A stretch of 64,000 nucleotides of DNA from a bacterium (GCA_037140955.1 JBAXDL010000004.1:15268-79267); one strand, 5' to 3'. Shown: positions 11,099-20,737, counted from the first letter of the stretch. Notes: a model not told the origin generated them from the sequence alone. Made by a program: numbers and translations.

Positions 11099-12191
11099 TT
11101 TTAAAAATGGTTTTTCATTAGCAGAAGCAATTATTGCTTCTGGCATTTTAATGATAGTTGTTGCTAGTGTTGCAGCTAGCTACTTTTCTGTTAGCAGATA
11201 TGTGCTTGCTGCTGGAGCTGAAGCTCAGGCAACTTTTTTTGCTCAAGAGGGATTGGAGGCTGCACGCAATATTCGTGACAAAGATTTTGCCTTGCTTGTA
11301 GCTGGCACAGTCAATGGTCTTTCTAATGCGGGAAATGTTTGGAATTTTTCAGGCACTCAAGATGTTAAAGGAATTTATACTAGAAAGATTTCAATTGCAG
11401 CTATTGATGCAAACACAAAGGAAGTTTCTGTTCAAATTGATTGGCTCTATAAGGGAGTTGCAAAAACATTAACACTCAAGAGGGAATTTACAAATTGGAG
11501 AAAAACAAAAACTGTTGCAAATAATCCAGTCTCTCGCTGGCCCTTTGATGAAGACACTGGCTGCTCTGCTATGGATTCTTTTGGTTCAAATCATGGAACA
11601 TTAAAACCTGCAACTTGTCCAATTGGTTCTCCAGCTTGGATCAATGGTACAAGTCAAAAAGTTGGGATTTCGGCATTGAACTTTAATAGTGCTGCGACAT
11701 TTAATTATGTGGAAGTTCCAGATGCTAATTCTTTGGATTTATCAACAGCAGGAACAATAATGGCTTGGATTTATCCAACATCGAGCGGTACAACCATGGG
11801 AATCGTGCATAAAGGGGCTGCAACAAACCGTAGCGATGAAGCATATTATCTCAGGATGGAGGATAATAGGAAAATACTTGCTGGTGGAAGGACTGCTATT
11901 AGTGATTTGCTTGAAATCGAAAGTAATTCATTGATTACTTTAAATGCTTGGTCACTTGTTGCTTTTACTTGGGACTCAACTGGCATGAAAATTTATATTA
12001 ATGGTGCGCTTAGTAGCCAGGCAAATAATACTGTTTTTAGCGCTAAAAATTCAGCTGGATCATTGCAGATGGGTGCTCTTTATTCTGGTGCAAGCTCCAA
12101 TAGATTCAGAGGCAGAATTGATGAGGTTTCGATTTATAATACAGCGCTTAGCTTGAGCGAAATTTCAACTATTTATAATGCTCAAAAATAA
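11073..12191 (+). CDS. Type IV prepilin with a C-terminal LamG/concanavalin-like domain
   Basis: NG|FSLAE; C-terminal WPFDE, TIMAWI, WSLVAFTWD, IYING and FRGRIDEVSIYNTALS motifs. Confidence 0.85.
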   Translation: MKRGLSIINFKNGFSLAEAIIASGILMIVVASVAASYFSVSRYVLAAGAEAQATFFAQEGLEAARNIRDKDFALLVAGTVNGLSNAGNVWNFSGTQDVKGIYTRKISIAAIDANTKEVSVQIDWLYKGVAKTLTLKREFTNWRKTKTVANNPVSRWPFDEDTGCSAMDSFGSNHGTLKPATCPIGSPAWINGTSQKVGISALNFNSAATFNYVEVPDANSLDLSTAGTIMAWIYPTSSGTTMGIVHKGAATNRSDEAYYLRMEDNRKILAGGRTAISDLLEIESNSLITLNAWSLVAFTWDSTGMKIYINGALSSQANNTVFSAKNSAGSLQMGALYSGASSNRFRGRIDEVSIYNTALSLSEISTIYNAQK

Positions 12192-12193
12192 AA

Positions 12194-12700
12194 ATGAAAT
12201 TAGAAAATAAAAAAGGAATAAGCTTGATTGAAACTTTGTTATATGTTGCCATTATGGGAATTTTTGTTGCCGCTATGGTTTCTTTTGTTATGACAAATAA
12301 AAAAGTTAGCAAGCGCAACGAGGTCGTCAGTGAAGTTGAATTTAACGCTCAGTCTATTGTAGAAATTATTTCTCAAGCAACAAGAAATGCTAAATCTATA
12401 AACACGCCAACACTTCAAAGCAGCGCGCAGCAACTTTCTTTGGTAACAGATGTTGCAAGTGAAAATCCAACAATAATTAGCCTATCTGCCGGAAAAATTA
12501 CAATAAAAAGAGGAAATGGAGTTGCTGTTGCTCTTAATACTGACAAGATAGTTATTTCTAATTTAATTTTTAATAATTTTGGCAATGTTGGAACATTGGG
12601 AAGCATTAATTTTCAATTTGATGCAAAATATTTAAATCCTTCAAATGCTCAAGAATTGAATTTTTCTAAAACTTTTTTTGGAACCGCTAGTATAAGATGA
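12194..12700 (+). CDS. Type IV prepilin (PilW-like)
   Basis: KG|ISLIETLLYVAI. Confidence 0.85.
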   Translation: MKLENKKGISLIETLLYVAIMGIFVAAMVSFVMTNKKVSKRNEVVSEVEFNAQSIVEIISQATRNAKSINTPTLQSSAQQLSLVTDVASENPTIISLSAGKITIKRGNGVAVALNTDKIVISNLIFNNFGNVGTLGSINFQFDAKYLNPSNAQELNFSKTFFGTASIR

Positions 12701-12704
12701 AATT

Positions 12705-13109
12705 ATGAAAAATAAAAGAAACAAAAATGGATATGTTATGATGTATAGTGTTATTATTTTAGGTAGCATGATTTCAGCAATGGCAATATATATTACTTGG
12801 GTTGGAGTTTTTTCTTTGCAGAACACTGTTTTGCAGAAAAATTCGAAAATAGCTCAAGATCTGGCTGACACCTGCGCTGAAAGTGCATTGATGGTAATTT
12901 GGAACAATATGAATGCATCAGGAACAACAACAAGAAGTAATCTTTTTGGTGGAAGTTGCTTCTATCAAATAAACGTTTTGACCGGAGAGAATCGTGAAAT
13001 TTTTGCTACTGGCGTTGTTGGTGGTGTGACCAGGAAAACCAAAGTTTTGATTGATCAGGTTAATTTGAAGGTTAATGTTTTCTCTTGGCGCGAGGTAGCT
13101 GATTTTTAA
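12705..13109 (+). CDS. PilX/GspK-like minor pilin (no Glu5)
   Basis: NG|YVMMY hydrophobic N-terminus, A-x-x-x-AESAL motif, last gene of the pilin set. Confidence 0.65.
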   Translation: MKNKRNKNGYVMMYSVIILGSMISAMAIYITWVGVFSLQNTVLQKNSKIAQDLADTCAESALMVIWNNMNASGTTTRSNLFGGSCFYQINVLTGENREIFATGVVGGVTRKTKVLIDQVNLKVNVFSWREVADF

Positions 13110-13125
13110 TAAAATAAAAATTTTT

Positions 13126-15219
13126 ATGAAAATAAAATATGTTAAGGTGAGTTTTTTTTCGATTTTATTGCTTTTATTCTTACTTTTGCTAGTTGGTATC
13201 CTTGGTCGCTATGCCTGGAGGGACATTCAAAATCAAAACACTATAAACCTTGAAGACAGATCAAAGGCGATTGCTAAGATTATCGAAATTCGTCTAAGTC
13301 GCGATAGTTATTTGTTGTATAGTTTGCGTGGATTATATGCTGCCAATGAAAATGTTAGCAGTGAGCAGTTTAGCTCATTTGGTGATGGCGCTCAATTGAC
13401 TGAAAAATTTCCAGGCATTTATGGCATAGAATTCATAGAAAGAGCATCGGTAGAAAACAGTAATTCTTTTTTTGTTAAATATTTTTATCCAAATAATAGT
13501 GAGCGATATGTTCCGGATGTAAATTATTTAAATGATCCAAAAATAAAAGAGGCACTTAGTGAGTCACTTAATAATAATAAGTTGACCATGGCAAATGGTG
13601 TGAGGGTTGCTGGTAGTGATGATTTGAATGACAACTCCATCATTTATTTGCCGATATATAAGAATGGTTTTCCTGTTTCAACAGTAAATGAAAGAAATGA
13701 AACATTGAGTGGTTTTGTTGGCGTTGTTATTGAGAGTAAGGTTTTCTTTGACAGTATAGTGCATTCAGAAGAAATAGATTGGAATAATTTAGATCTATAT
13801 ATTTATAGTGATAAGGCAAGCTTAAGTGCTGACTATGGTAATGATAATTTTTTGTATGATGTTGATAATGAGAACTTTGATAAAAATAAGGCCGAAGTTG
13901 TTTCTTCTTTTGATTTGCCACTGAATATTGCTAACAAGCAATGGTTACTGCATTTTGTTACTGAATTTTCAACAAAGCCTAATAGCCCGGAAAATATTGT
14001 GATGATTGGCTTGATTTTGTTTGGGGTATTTTTTAGTTTTGCTGTCTCAATATCTTTTTATATTTTGGGCACATCAAGAGGTAGGGCTGTTGATCTTGCA
14101 AGGGATATGACGAGCAATTTAAGAAAACAAAAAATTAAATCAGATGAGCTTGCTCGTGATTTGGAAAAATTTCAATTGGCAGTTTCTGAGGCCTTTGATC
14201 ATATTATTATTACCGATGCAGATGGAATTATTTTATATATGAACAAGGCTGCGGAAAAGATAACAGGTTTTTCTTCTAAAGAGGTTCTTGGCAAAAAGGC
14301 GGGATCAAAGGAATTATGGGGAGGAAGAATGGATAGTATTTTTTATCAAAATATGTGGAAAACAATTAAACAGGATAAAAAAGTTTTTGCCGGTGAAATT
14401 ACTAACGTAAGAAAAGATGGACAGGAATATCAAGCCATGGGAAGTATTTCTCCAATAATGGGTGATAATGGTGCGGTAAAGTTTTTTGTCGGCATAGAAA
14501 GGGACACTACAAAGGAAAAAGAAATTGATCGCATGAAATCAGAGTTTGTTTCTGTTGCATCTCATCAATTGCGCACTCCTCTTACTGGAATAAAATGGTT
14601 TACTGAGCTTCTTCTGGAAAACAAAAAAGAAAAGCTTTCCAAAGAGCAACAAGATTATGTTGAAGAAATATATGAAAGTAATAATAGATTAATAGCCTTG
14701 GTTAATGATCTATTAAATGTTTCACGCATTGATAGTGGCAAAAACTTTGAAGTTGAGAAGAAAAATATCGACGTTGTTGGTGTTGTAAATGAGGTTGTGA
14801 ATGAACAGATTGGTTTGGCAAAAGAAAAGGGAATAAGGGTTGTTATGGATGGTGATATTTCAAAAGAAATGCAATTAAATATTGATAGTGTGAAAATCAA
14901 ACAAGTTTTTCAGAATTTAATTAGTAATGCTGTAAAATATTCAAAAGAAAATAGTGAAGTTGTTTTTGGTCGCAAAGATGGAATTGATGATGTTACTTTT
15001 TTTGTAAAAGACTCTGGTTTGGGGATACCACCTGAACAGCAGGATAGGATTTTTGAAAAATTTTTCAGAGCAAGTAATGTTTTGATGACTGGGGCAGAGG
15101 GAACTGGGCTTGGGTTATATATTGCAAAATCAATAGTTGAATCGCATGGTGGAAAGATTTGGTTTGAATCTTCCGAAGGCAATGGTACAACTTTTTTTGT
15201 TAAAATTCCAAAAAAATAA
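13126..15219 (+). CDS. CHASE-PAS sensor histidine kinase
   Basis: Two TMs around a CHASE-like domain, PAS domain, SHQLRTPL H-box, N/G1/F/G2 boxes. Confidence 0.88.
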   Translation: MKIKYVKVSFFSILLLLFLLLLVGILGRYAWRDIQNQNTINLEDRSKAIAKIIEIRLSRDSYLLYSLRGLYAANENVSSEQFSSFGDGAQLTEKFPGIYGIEFIERASVENSNSFFVKYFYPNNSERYVPDVNYLNDPKIKEALSESLNNNKLTMANGVRVAGSDDLNDNSIIYLPIYKNGFPVSTVNERNETLSGFVGVVIESKVFFDSIVHSEEIDWNNLDLYIYSDKASLSADYGNDNFLYDVDNENFDKNKAEVVSSFDLPLNIANKQWLLHFVTEFSTKPNSPENIVMIGLILFGVFFSFAVSISFYILGTSRGRAVDLARDMTSNLRKQKIKSDELARDLEKFQLAVSEAFDHIIITDADGIILYMNKAAEKITGFSSKEVLGKKAGSKELWGGRMDSIFYQNMWKTIKQDKKVFAGEITNVRKDGQEYQAMGSISPIMGDNGAVKFFVGIERDTTKEKEIDRMKSEFVSVASHQLRTPLTGIKWFTELLLENKKEKLSKEQQDYVEEIYESNNRLIALVNDLLNVSRIDSGKNFEVEKKNIDVVGVVNEVVNEQIGLAKEKGIRVVMDGDISKEMQLNIDSVKIKQVFQNLISNAVKYSKENSEVVFGRKDGIDDVTFFVKDSGLGIPPEQQDRIFEKFFRASNVLMTGAEGTGLGLYIAKSIVESHGGKIWFESSEGNGTTFFVKIPKK

Positions 15220-15265
15220 AAATTTGTGTTATTATATAAAATGTAATAAATAAAAATAAAAAAAC

Positions 15266-16342
15266 ATGTTGAAAAAAATAGTTAATAGCCTTAGGGGTAA
15301 TAAAAAAATAGTTATTCCAACCCACATGAAAGCTGCGGTGGTTGAAAAATTTGGAAAGCCACTTGTAATAAAAAATATTCCAGTTCCGAAAATACAACCA
15401 GGTCAAATTTTGGTGAAGGTTGCGGCTTGCGGAGTTTGTCACACTGATTTGCATGCAGCTTCTGGTGATTGGCCAGTAAAGCCAGCTTTGCCATTTGTTC
15501 CTGGTCATGAAGGTGTTGGAACTGTTGTTGAGTTGGGTGAAGGAGTAAAGAACATTAAGGTTGGAGATAGGGTTGGTATTCCATGGTTGCACACATCTTG
15601 TGGTTCTTGCGAGCATTGCATTACAGGCTGGGAAACGCTGTGTGCAAAACAACAAATGACCGGGTATACTGTTAATGGAAGTTTTGCTGAATATGTTTTG
15701 GCTGATCCGAATTATGTTGGTCGCATTCCTGAAAATTTGTCTTTTGTGAATGTTGCTCCAATATTGTGTGCCGGTGTTACGGTTTATAAGGGATTGAAAG
15801 AAACACAGGCAAAACCGGGTGAGTGGGTTGTTGTTTCTGGTGTTGGTGGTCTGGGTCATCTTGCTGTGCAATATGCCAAAGCAATGGGCTTGCGTGTGAT
15901 TGCTGTTGATATCTCTGATAGTAAATTGAAATTAGCCAAAAAAGTTGGTGCAGAATTGGTTTTCAATGCTGACAAGGTTGATGCTGCTGCAGCAATAAAC
16001 AAGGCTATTGGAGGAGCACATGGGGTGCTGGTAACAGCTGTTTCCACAAAAGCCTTTGAGCAAGCAGTGAGCATGCTGCGCAGTCATGGAACAATGTCTT
16101 TGGTCGGATTGCCACCTGGAAAATTTCCAGTTTCAATTTTTGATTTGGTTTTGGGTGCCAAAACTATTCGTGGATCAATCGTTGGGACTCGCAAAGATTT
16201 GGAAGAATGTTTGGAAATAGCAAGTAGAGGATTAGCCAAGGCCACAATCAAAGTTGAAGATCTTTCAAACATCAATTCAATTTTTGAAAGAATGAAAAAA
16301 GGCACTATTGATGGGAGAATTGTTTTGAAAATAGGTAGCTAA
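15266..16342 (+). CDS. adhP: Zn-dependent alcohol dehydrogenase (AdhP type)
   Basis: CHTD, GHEG, CxxCxxCx7C and GxGGLG motifs. Confidence 0.88.
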   Translation: MLKKIVNSLRGNKKIVIPTHMKAAVVEKFGKPLVIKNIPVPKIQPGQILVKVAACGVCHTDLHAASGDWPVKPALPFVPGHEGVGTVVELGEGVKNIKVGDRVGIPWLHTSCGSCEHCITGWETLCAKQQMTGYTVNGSFAEYVLADPNYVGRIPENLSFVNVAPILCAGVTVYKGLKETQAKPGEWVVVSGVGGLGHLAVQYAKAMGLRVIAVDISDSKLKLAKKVGAELVFNADKVDAAAAINKAIGGAHGVLVTAVSTKAFEQAVSMLRSHGTMSLVGLPPGKFPVSIFDLVLGAKTIRGSIVGTRKDLEECLEIASRGLAKATIKVEDLSNINSIFERMKKGTIDGRIVLKIGS

Positions 16343-16489
16343 TGTTTTTTAAAAAATATTGCAAAAAAAGAAGTATCTTTATGGTTACTTCTTTTTTAAT
16401 TATAACTCAAGATATTGACATAATATTTATTTTGGGGCAGAATTAATTGTTCTGCTTTTGGCTGAACTACAAAAAATTGGAGGTTACAA

Positions 16490-16915
16490 ATGGAATATCT
16501 TCTTTTGTTTGTTGGAATCGTTTTCGTTTCTATCGTTGGTGCTTTTTTACAAACGCGTATTAATTCTTGGTGGCTTGTTAGAAAGAGGCAAAATGCTTTA
16601 GCCATGCTTGAGCATTATCAGCTCTTGCTTGTTCAAGCAAGGGATTTGCTTGAACAGGTTCAAAAACTCAATGAGGAAAAAAGATTAAACAAGCCAATTT
16701 GGAGAGAGAAATATGAGTCAATGAACTATATTCATTTGCTCAAAAGATCAATTTGTGGCTGTGAAGAGGCAGCTCAGATGATAGGATTGTTCTTAAAAAA
16801 AGATGACAACGAAAGCGTGGCAATGGCCAGAAGGCACCTTGGCAAATTCACGGTCCATCTTGTCATTCAAATGTTTCGCATGAGGGCATCAATTGATGAT
16901 GCTAAAAAAGATTAG
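16490..16915 (+). CDS. Hypothetical protein with an N-terminal TM helix
   Basis: 141-aa ORF with GGAGG SD, upstream TTGACA and downstream terminator. Confidence 0.65.
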   Translation: MEYLLLFVGIVFVSIVGAFLQTRINSWWLVRKRQNALAMLEHYQLLLVQARDLLEQVQKLNEEKRLNKPIWREKYESMNYIHLLKRSICGCEEAAQMIGLFLKKDDNESVAMARRHLGKFTVHLVIQMFRMRASIDDAKKD

Positions 16916-16928
16916 TAAAAAATTACTA

Positions 16929-16964
16929 AAAACACCTAGTCATTGAATAATGGCTAGGTGTTTT
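16929..16964 (+). terminator. Intrinsic terminator
   Basis: AAAACACCTAGTCATT / AATGGCTAGGTGTTTT inverted repeat. Confidence 0.7.
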
Positions 16965-17010
16965 AAATTTATTGATAATAAAGCTTTTTTTTGCTAAGAT
17001 ATTCTTATAT

Positions 17011-18126
17011 ATGAATGATGATATTATTAAAATTATTAAAATATTTTTCATTTGGCTGGCGATATTGTTGTCGGTTGGTTTTTTTAGTACCCATTTATCA
17101 ATATACAAGGAGGGAACATGTAACATTAAAAATCAATTGCCATACTACAAATGGGATTCTTTTTGGTACACCTCTATCTCTCGTCATGGGTATACATTTT
17201 CTGAGCAGAAAAATTCAAGTATTGCATTTTTCCCACTCTATCCAATGGTCATAAGGGCAGTGCGCACCATCACTCGTTTACCTCAGGATTATATAAGTTT
17301 TGGTTTGAATATCATTTTCTCCTTTTTATCATCGCTTTATTTGTATCGCCTTGCCAGGTTTGATTATAATGAAAAAAAGAGTCTGGCAATTCTGGTTGTT
17401 TTCTTGTTTTTTCCGCCAGCCTATTTTTTTGTTTCAGGTTATCCGGAAGCTCTCTTTGTGTTGCTGGGAATTGCTAGTTTGTATTTTGCAAGAAAAGGGC
17501 ATTGGGCAAAGGCTGGAATCGCATCAGGATTGCTGGCAATAACAAAGCCCTATGGAATTTTCATGTTTCCAGTTTTAATGTTGGAGTATTTGTGGAGCAG
17601 TGGTTGGGATTTGAAAGTTTTTTACAAAAAAATCAACTGGACACCACTTTTGTTGCCACTTTTTTCTTTTGCTGGCTTTGTGCTTTTTAATTATTTGAAA
17701 TTTGGAGATCCGATCGCATTTTTGAAAACACAAAAAACATGGGGCAGATCACTTGATAATCCAATGGTTGCATTGATCAAGGAATTTGATCATTATATTT
17801 TTGGTGGACACATTCTTTCTGGCAGTAATTTCCCATATGTCGTTTATTTGCTGAGTTTTGTTTTTTCAATTTTTGCTTTGTTTGTTTGCTGGAAAAGAGT
17901 AAGAAAAACATATTTGGTTTTTTCTGGCTTGCTTTTGCTTTCGGCTTTGCTAACTGGCACACTCACAAGTTGGGGTCGCTATATGCTTTTGGCTTTTCCG
18001 ATATTGTTTGGTCCTGCAATTTATTTTTCTCAGAAAAAATGGGTATTTTATTTGTATTTTTTTGTTTCTGCTAGTGTGATGATTTTTTGTGCAAGCTATT
18101 TTGTCAGATGTTTTCCTTTTGAATAA
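17011..18126 (+). CDS. GT-C fold mannosyltransferase (PIG-V-like)
   Basis: KWDSFWY, AFFPLYP and YPEALF motifs, multiple TMs; ATG at 17011 chosen over the upstream TTG. Confidence 0.8.
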   Translation: MNDDIIKIIKIFFIWLAILLSVGFFSTHLSIYKEGTCNIKNQLPYYKWDSFWYTSISRHGYTFSEQKNSSIAFFPLYPMVIRAVRTITRLPQDYISFGLNIIFSFLSSLYLYRLARFDYNEKKSLAILVVFLFFPPAYFFVSGYPEALFVLLGIASLYFARKGHWAKAGIASGLLAITKPYGIFMFPVLMLEYLWSSGWDLKVFYKKINWTPLLLPLFSFAGFVLFNYLKFGDPIAFLKTQKTWGRSLDNPMVALIKEFDHYIFGGHILSGSNFPYVVYLLSFVFSIFALFVCWKRVRKTYLVFSGLLLLSALLTGTLTSWGRYMLLAFPILFGPAIYFSQKKWVFYLYFFVSASVMIFCASYFVRCFPFE

Positions 18127-18130
18127 AACA

Positions 18131-18163
18131 AAAAAAAGAAGCTCGCTTGAGCTTCTTTTTTTT
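18131..18163. terminator. Bidirectional terminator between convergent genes
   Basis: A7-GAAGCTC-gctt-GAGCTTC-T8. Confidence 0.8.
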
Positions 18164-18178
18164 GTGATGCAGTTTGTC

Positions 18179-18493
18179 TTACTTTGTTGTCTTTGTTTGC
18201 GTTGTGGTTGTGCTTGTTGTTGTTTTTGTTGGCTCTGGAGCTGGAGTTGCGGTTGTTGCATCAGTTGTTGGTGCAGCTGGGGTAGCATTTTGCTCAACCG
18301 CTGCTGATTGCTTCTTGTCCTTTTTCTTTTTTGAAGAATCGTCCGTCTGCGTACTTTTTGTTGCCCTTCCTGCTCCTAATTTCATTTTTTCATATCTAGT
18401 TCCTGCATAAAACATAACAAGTGCCAGAATTACTATGGCAACTATTGCAATGATTTTTTTGTCATATCCCATGACCTTTCCTTCTAAGTTCAT
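18179..18493 (-). CDS. Small membrane-anchored protein with a Thr/Pro/Ala-rich low-complexity tail
   Basis: N-terminal TM followed by a Lys-rich and Thr-rich tail. Confidence 0.65.
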   Translation of the reverse strand: MNLEGKVMGYDKKIIAIVAIVILALVMFYAGTRYEKMKLGAGRATKSTQTDDSSKKKKDKKQSAAVEQNATPAAPTTDATTATPAPEPTKTTTSTTTTQTKTTK

Positions 18494-18574
18494 ATTTTTT
18501 GTTTATTATTTAATTACTAAAGCAGCTTAGCATGTTATTCTGGTTTTCTCAAGTTTTTGTAGGTTTTTCTGATA

Positions 18575-18609
18575 AACAAAAAACAAGACTGCAAGAGTCT
18601 TGTTTTTTT
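18575..18609 (-). terminator. Terminator after the DEAD-box helicase
   Basis: AAAAAACAAGACT / AGTCTTGTTTTTT inverted repeat. Confidence 0.7.
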
Positions 18610-18623
18610 GCATTGTAAGTTTT

Positions 18624-19844
18624 TTAGACAAAGGTAAGTGCTGTTCCTGTTTTTCCAGCTCGTCCTGTTCGTCCGATGCGGTGGACATAGTCGTCATAGG
18701 TTGCGGGCACATCAAAGTTGATCACGTGGGAAACATTTGGAATGTCCAATCCTCGAGCGGCCACGTCAGTTGCTACCAAAATTTCAACATAATTTTCTTT
18801 GAACAATTTCAAAGCCTTCTGTCTTTTGGCATGAGATTTGTCTCCGTGAATTGACTGAGCCTTGAAACCATTTTTCCCTAGGATGATTGAAAGTTTTTCT
18901 GCACCATGCTTTGTTCTTGAAAAAATCAAAACTTTTGAGAAATTTGCTTTGCGCAAAAGTTCTTGCAAAACTTCAATTTTGTCTTCACCTGGTTTCACTC
19001 TCACCACATCTTGATCAATGTTTGAAGATGTTTCGCGAGTTTTGATTGAGATCTTTATTGGATCATTCAAAAATTCTTGAATCAATTTTTCAATTTCAGG
19101 TGCAAGTGTTGCAGAGAAAAACAAAGTTTGTCTCTTTGGTGCAACAAGTGAAAGAAGATATCTGACATCAGGCATGAATCCCATGTCCAACATGCGATCA
19201 GCTTCATCAAGCACCACGTTTGCAAAACTGTTTAGGTGCAAGTTTTTGCGTTGAATTAAGTCCTTAAGGCGTCCTGGTGTTCCAATCACAACATTGTAGC
19301 GTGAGCGAAGACATTCGATTTGTGTGCGAATGTTTGCGCCACCAACAACAACCACACTTCCAATGCGAAGACCAGCAGCAAAAGCTCTGAATTCTTCTTG
19401 AATTTGAATAGCAAGTTCTCGTGTTGGCACAACCACAAGCAATTTCTCGCTTGGATTTTTGATGATTTTATCAAGCATTGGAATCAAGAATGCTCCTGTT
19501 TTCCCGGTTCCTGTGTTTGCCAAACCAATCAAATCTTTTCCTGCCAAAATGTGAGGAATAGTTTTGTCTTGAATTGGAGTTGGGTGTTCAAATTTTCGAA
19601 GAGCAATATTGTTTTTGATTGATTGCTCAACTTTGAAATCTGCAAAGATTGTGTCAGGAACATATTTTTCCTCAGCAACTTGCGGAACTGCTTTGTTGAT
19701 AAAGCGACTAATATCAATATAGTTTCCGGTAAAACGTTTTTTGCGTCCACCACCATTATTGAATGAATTTTTTTGTCCACCTTGAAATGGCGCTCTTGAG
19801 CGCGTCGGACGTGAACTGCCCGCTTTGAAGTTTCTGCTATGCAT
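18624..19844 (-). CDS. DEAD-box RNA helicase (RhlE-like)
   Basis: TGTGKT, PTRELA, DEAD, SAT, ARGLD and HRIGRTGR motifs. Confidence 0.93.
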   Translation of the reverse strand: MHSRNFKAGSSRPTRSRAPFQGGQKNSFNNGGGRKKRFTGNYIDISRFINKAVPQVAEEKYVPDTIFADFKVEQSIKNNIALRKFEHPTPIQDKTIPHILAGKDLIGLANTGTGKTGAFLIPMLDKIIKNPSEKLLVVVPTRELAIQIQEEFRAFAAGLRIGSVVVVGGANIRTQIECLRSRYNVVIGTPGRLKDLIQRKNLHLNSFANVVLDEADRMLDMGFMPDVRYLLSLVAPKRQTLFFSATLAPEIEKLIQEFLNDPIKISIKTRETSSNIDQDVVRVKPGEDKIEVLQELLRKANFSKVLIFSRTKHGAEKLSIILGKNGFKAQSIHGDKSHAKRQKALKLFKENYVEILVATDVAARGLDIPNVSHVINFDVPATYDDYVHRIGRTGRAGKTGTALTFV

Positions 19845-20009
19845 GTATATTTTTAACAAAACAAACTAGGAAAGAAGTTTCCAAGCAAGCATCGTATACA
19901 TAAAAAATTAAATTTTCATTCTCAAATCACTAGCAGGTGAAATGAAAACTAGTTTTATGTATAGATACGCTTGATGAGCTAACAACTGAAGGTATTAACA
20001 TAAAAAGCA

Positions 20010-20073
20010 ATTGTAATACGTTTGGGTTGTCTTGTCAAGGAAAGTTGACAAAAGCCTTGCAGTGAAATACAAT
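20010..20073. promoter_or_regulatory. Back-to-back divergent sigma70 promoters (helicase on -, T-box/glyS on +)
   Basis: + strand: TTGACA(20045)-17 bp-TACAAT; - strand: TTGACA(20038)-17 bp-TACAAT. Confidence 0.75.
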
Positions 20074-20079
20074 GTGAGC

Positions 20080-20253
20080 ATGTGAGATTGAGAAAGGGTT
20101 GGCACCTTTTCCCTTGTATAAGGCAAGAATCAGTCTGCAGAAAAAGAGTAGTCTGCCAAATTGGCAGAAATTCGGGTGGAACCGCGCGTCTCAAGACTCG
20201 TCCCGTGCATATCAAACATTTGTTTGACTTGTGCAGGATGGGTCTTTTTTTTT
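20080..20253 (+). ncRNA. Glycine T-box riboswitch (transcriptional) with an ultra-short stem I
   Basis: GGGTGGAACCGCG T-box at 20174-20186; stem III TCTGCCA/TGGCAGA; antiterminator partner CGTCCC; terminator hairpin followed by a T run; GGC codon in the loop of a short 5' hairpin; glyS downstream. Confidence 0.85.
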
Positions 20254-20258
20254 GGGCT

Positions 20259-20731
20259 CTACGAATTACAAATTAATACAAATATACAAATGTACGAAAA
20301 TGCGAGTGGTAATAAAATTGTGCATAAAGAACTTAGCTATGCCATTATAGGCGCTATTTTTGAAGTTTATAATGAGCTTGGCTATGGCTTCAAAGAGCGC
20401 TATTATGAGGATGCAATTGCAAAAGAATTTGAAAGAAAAAGTATAAAATATAAAAGACAGATGGCATTTGATTTGAAATATAAGGGTGATGCAATAGGAA
20501 AATATAGATTTGATTTTTTGGTTGAAGATATTATTATAGTAGAATTAAAAACTGGAAATTTTTATTCAAAACAAAACATAACACAGGCTGTGCAATATTT
20601 AAAAGCTGCAAATCTTGAACTTGCATTGCTTGTAAATATGACACAGCATGGAGTTAAGTATAGAAGAATATTGAATATTAGATAGTTTTGTTGTTGTATT
20701 TGTAAATTTGTAATTAATTTGTAATTAGTAG
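20259..20731 (+). mobile_element. GxxExxY cassette bounded by ~33-bp imperfect inverted repeats
   Basis: Left arm CTACGAATTACAAATTAATACAAATATACAAAT (20259-20291) matches the reverse complement of 20698-20731 (CTACTAATTACAAATTAATTACAAATTTACAAAT). Confidence 0.6.
20290..20685 (+). CDS. GxxExxY protein (PD-(D/E)xK-like)
   Basis: ELGYGFKERYY, FDFLVED..IVELK, QAVQYLKA and LLVN motifs; ATG at 20290. Confidence 0.9.
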   Translation: MYENASGNKIVHKELSYAIIGAIFEVYNELGYGFKERYYEDAIAKEFERKSIKYKRQMAFDLKYKGDAIGKYRFDFLVEDIIIVELKTGNFYSKQNITQAVQYLKAANLELALLVNMTQHGVKYRRILNIR

Positions 20732-20737
20732 AATCAT

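Noticed and set aside
15200-15871. 223-aa - strand ORF and similar antisense ORFs (e.g. 40018-40575, 50617-51159)
   Set aside because: They overlap well-supported genes on the opposite strand and show no motifs.
20082-20289. ORF 20082-20276 and the N-terminal extension of the GxxExxY ORF from 20161
   Set aside because: They run through the T-box leader; family similarity begins after ATG 20290.
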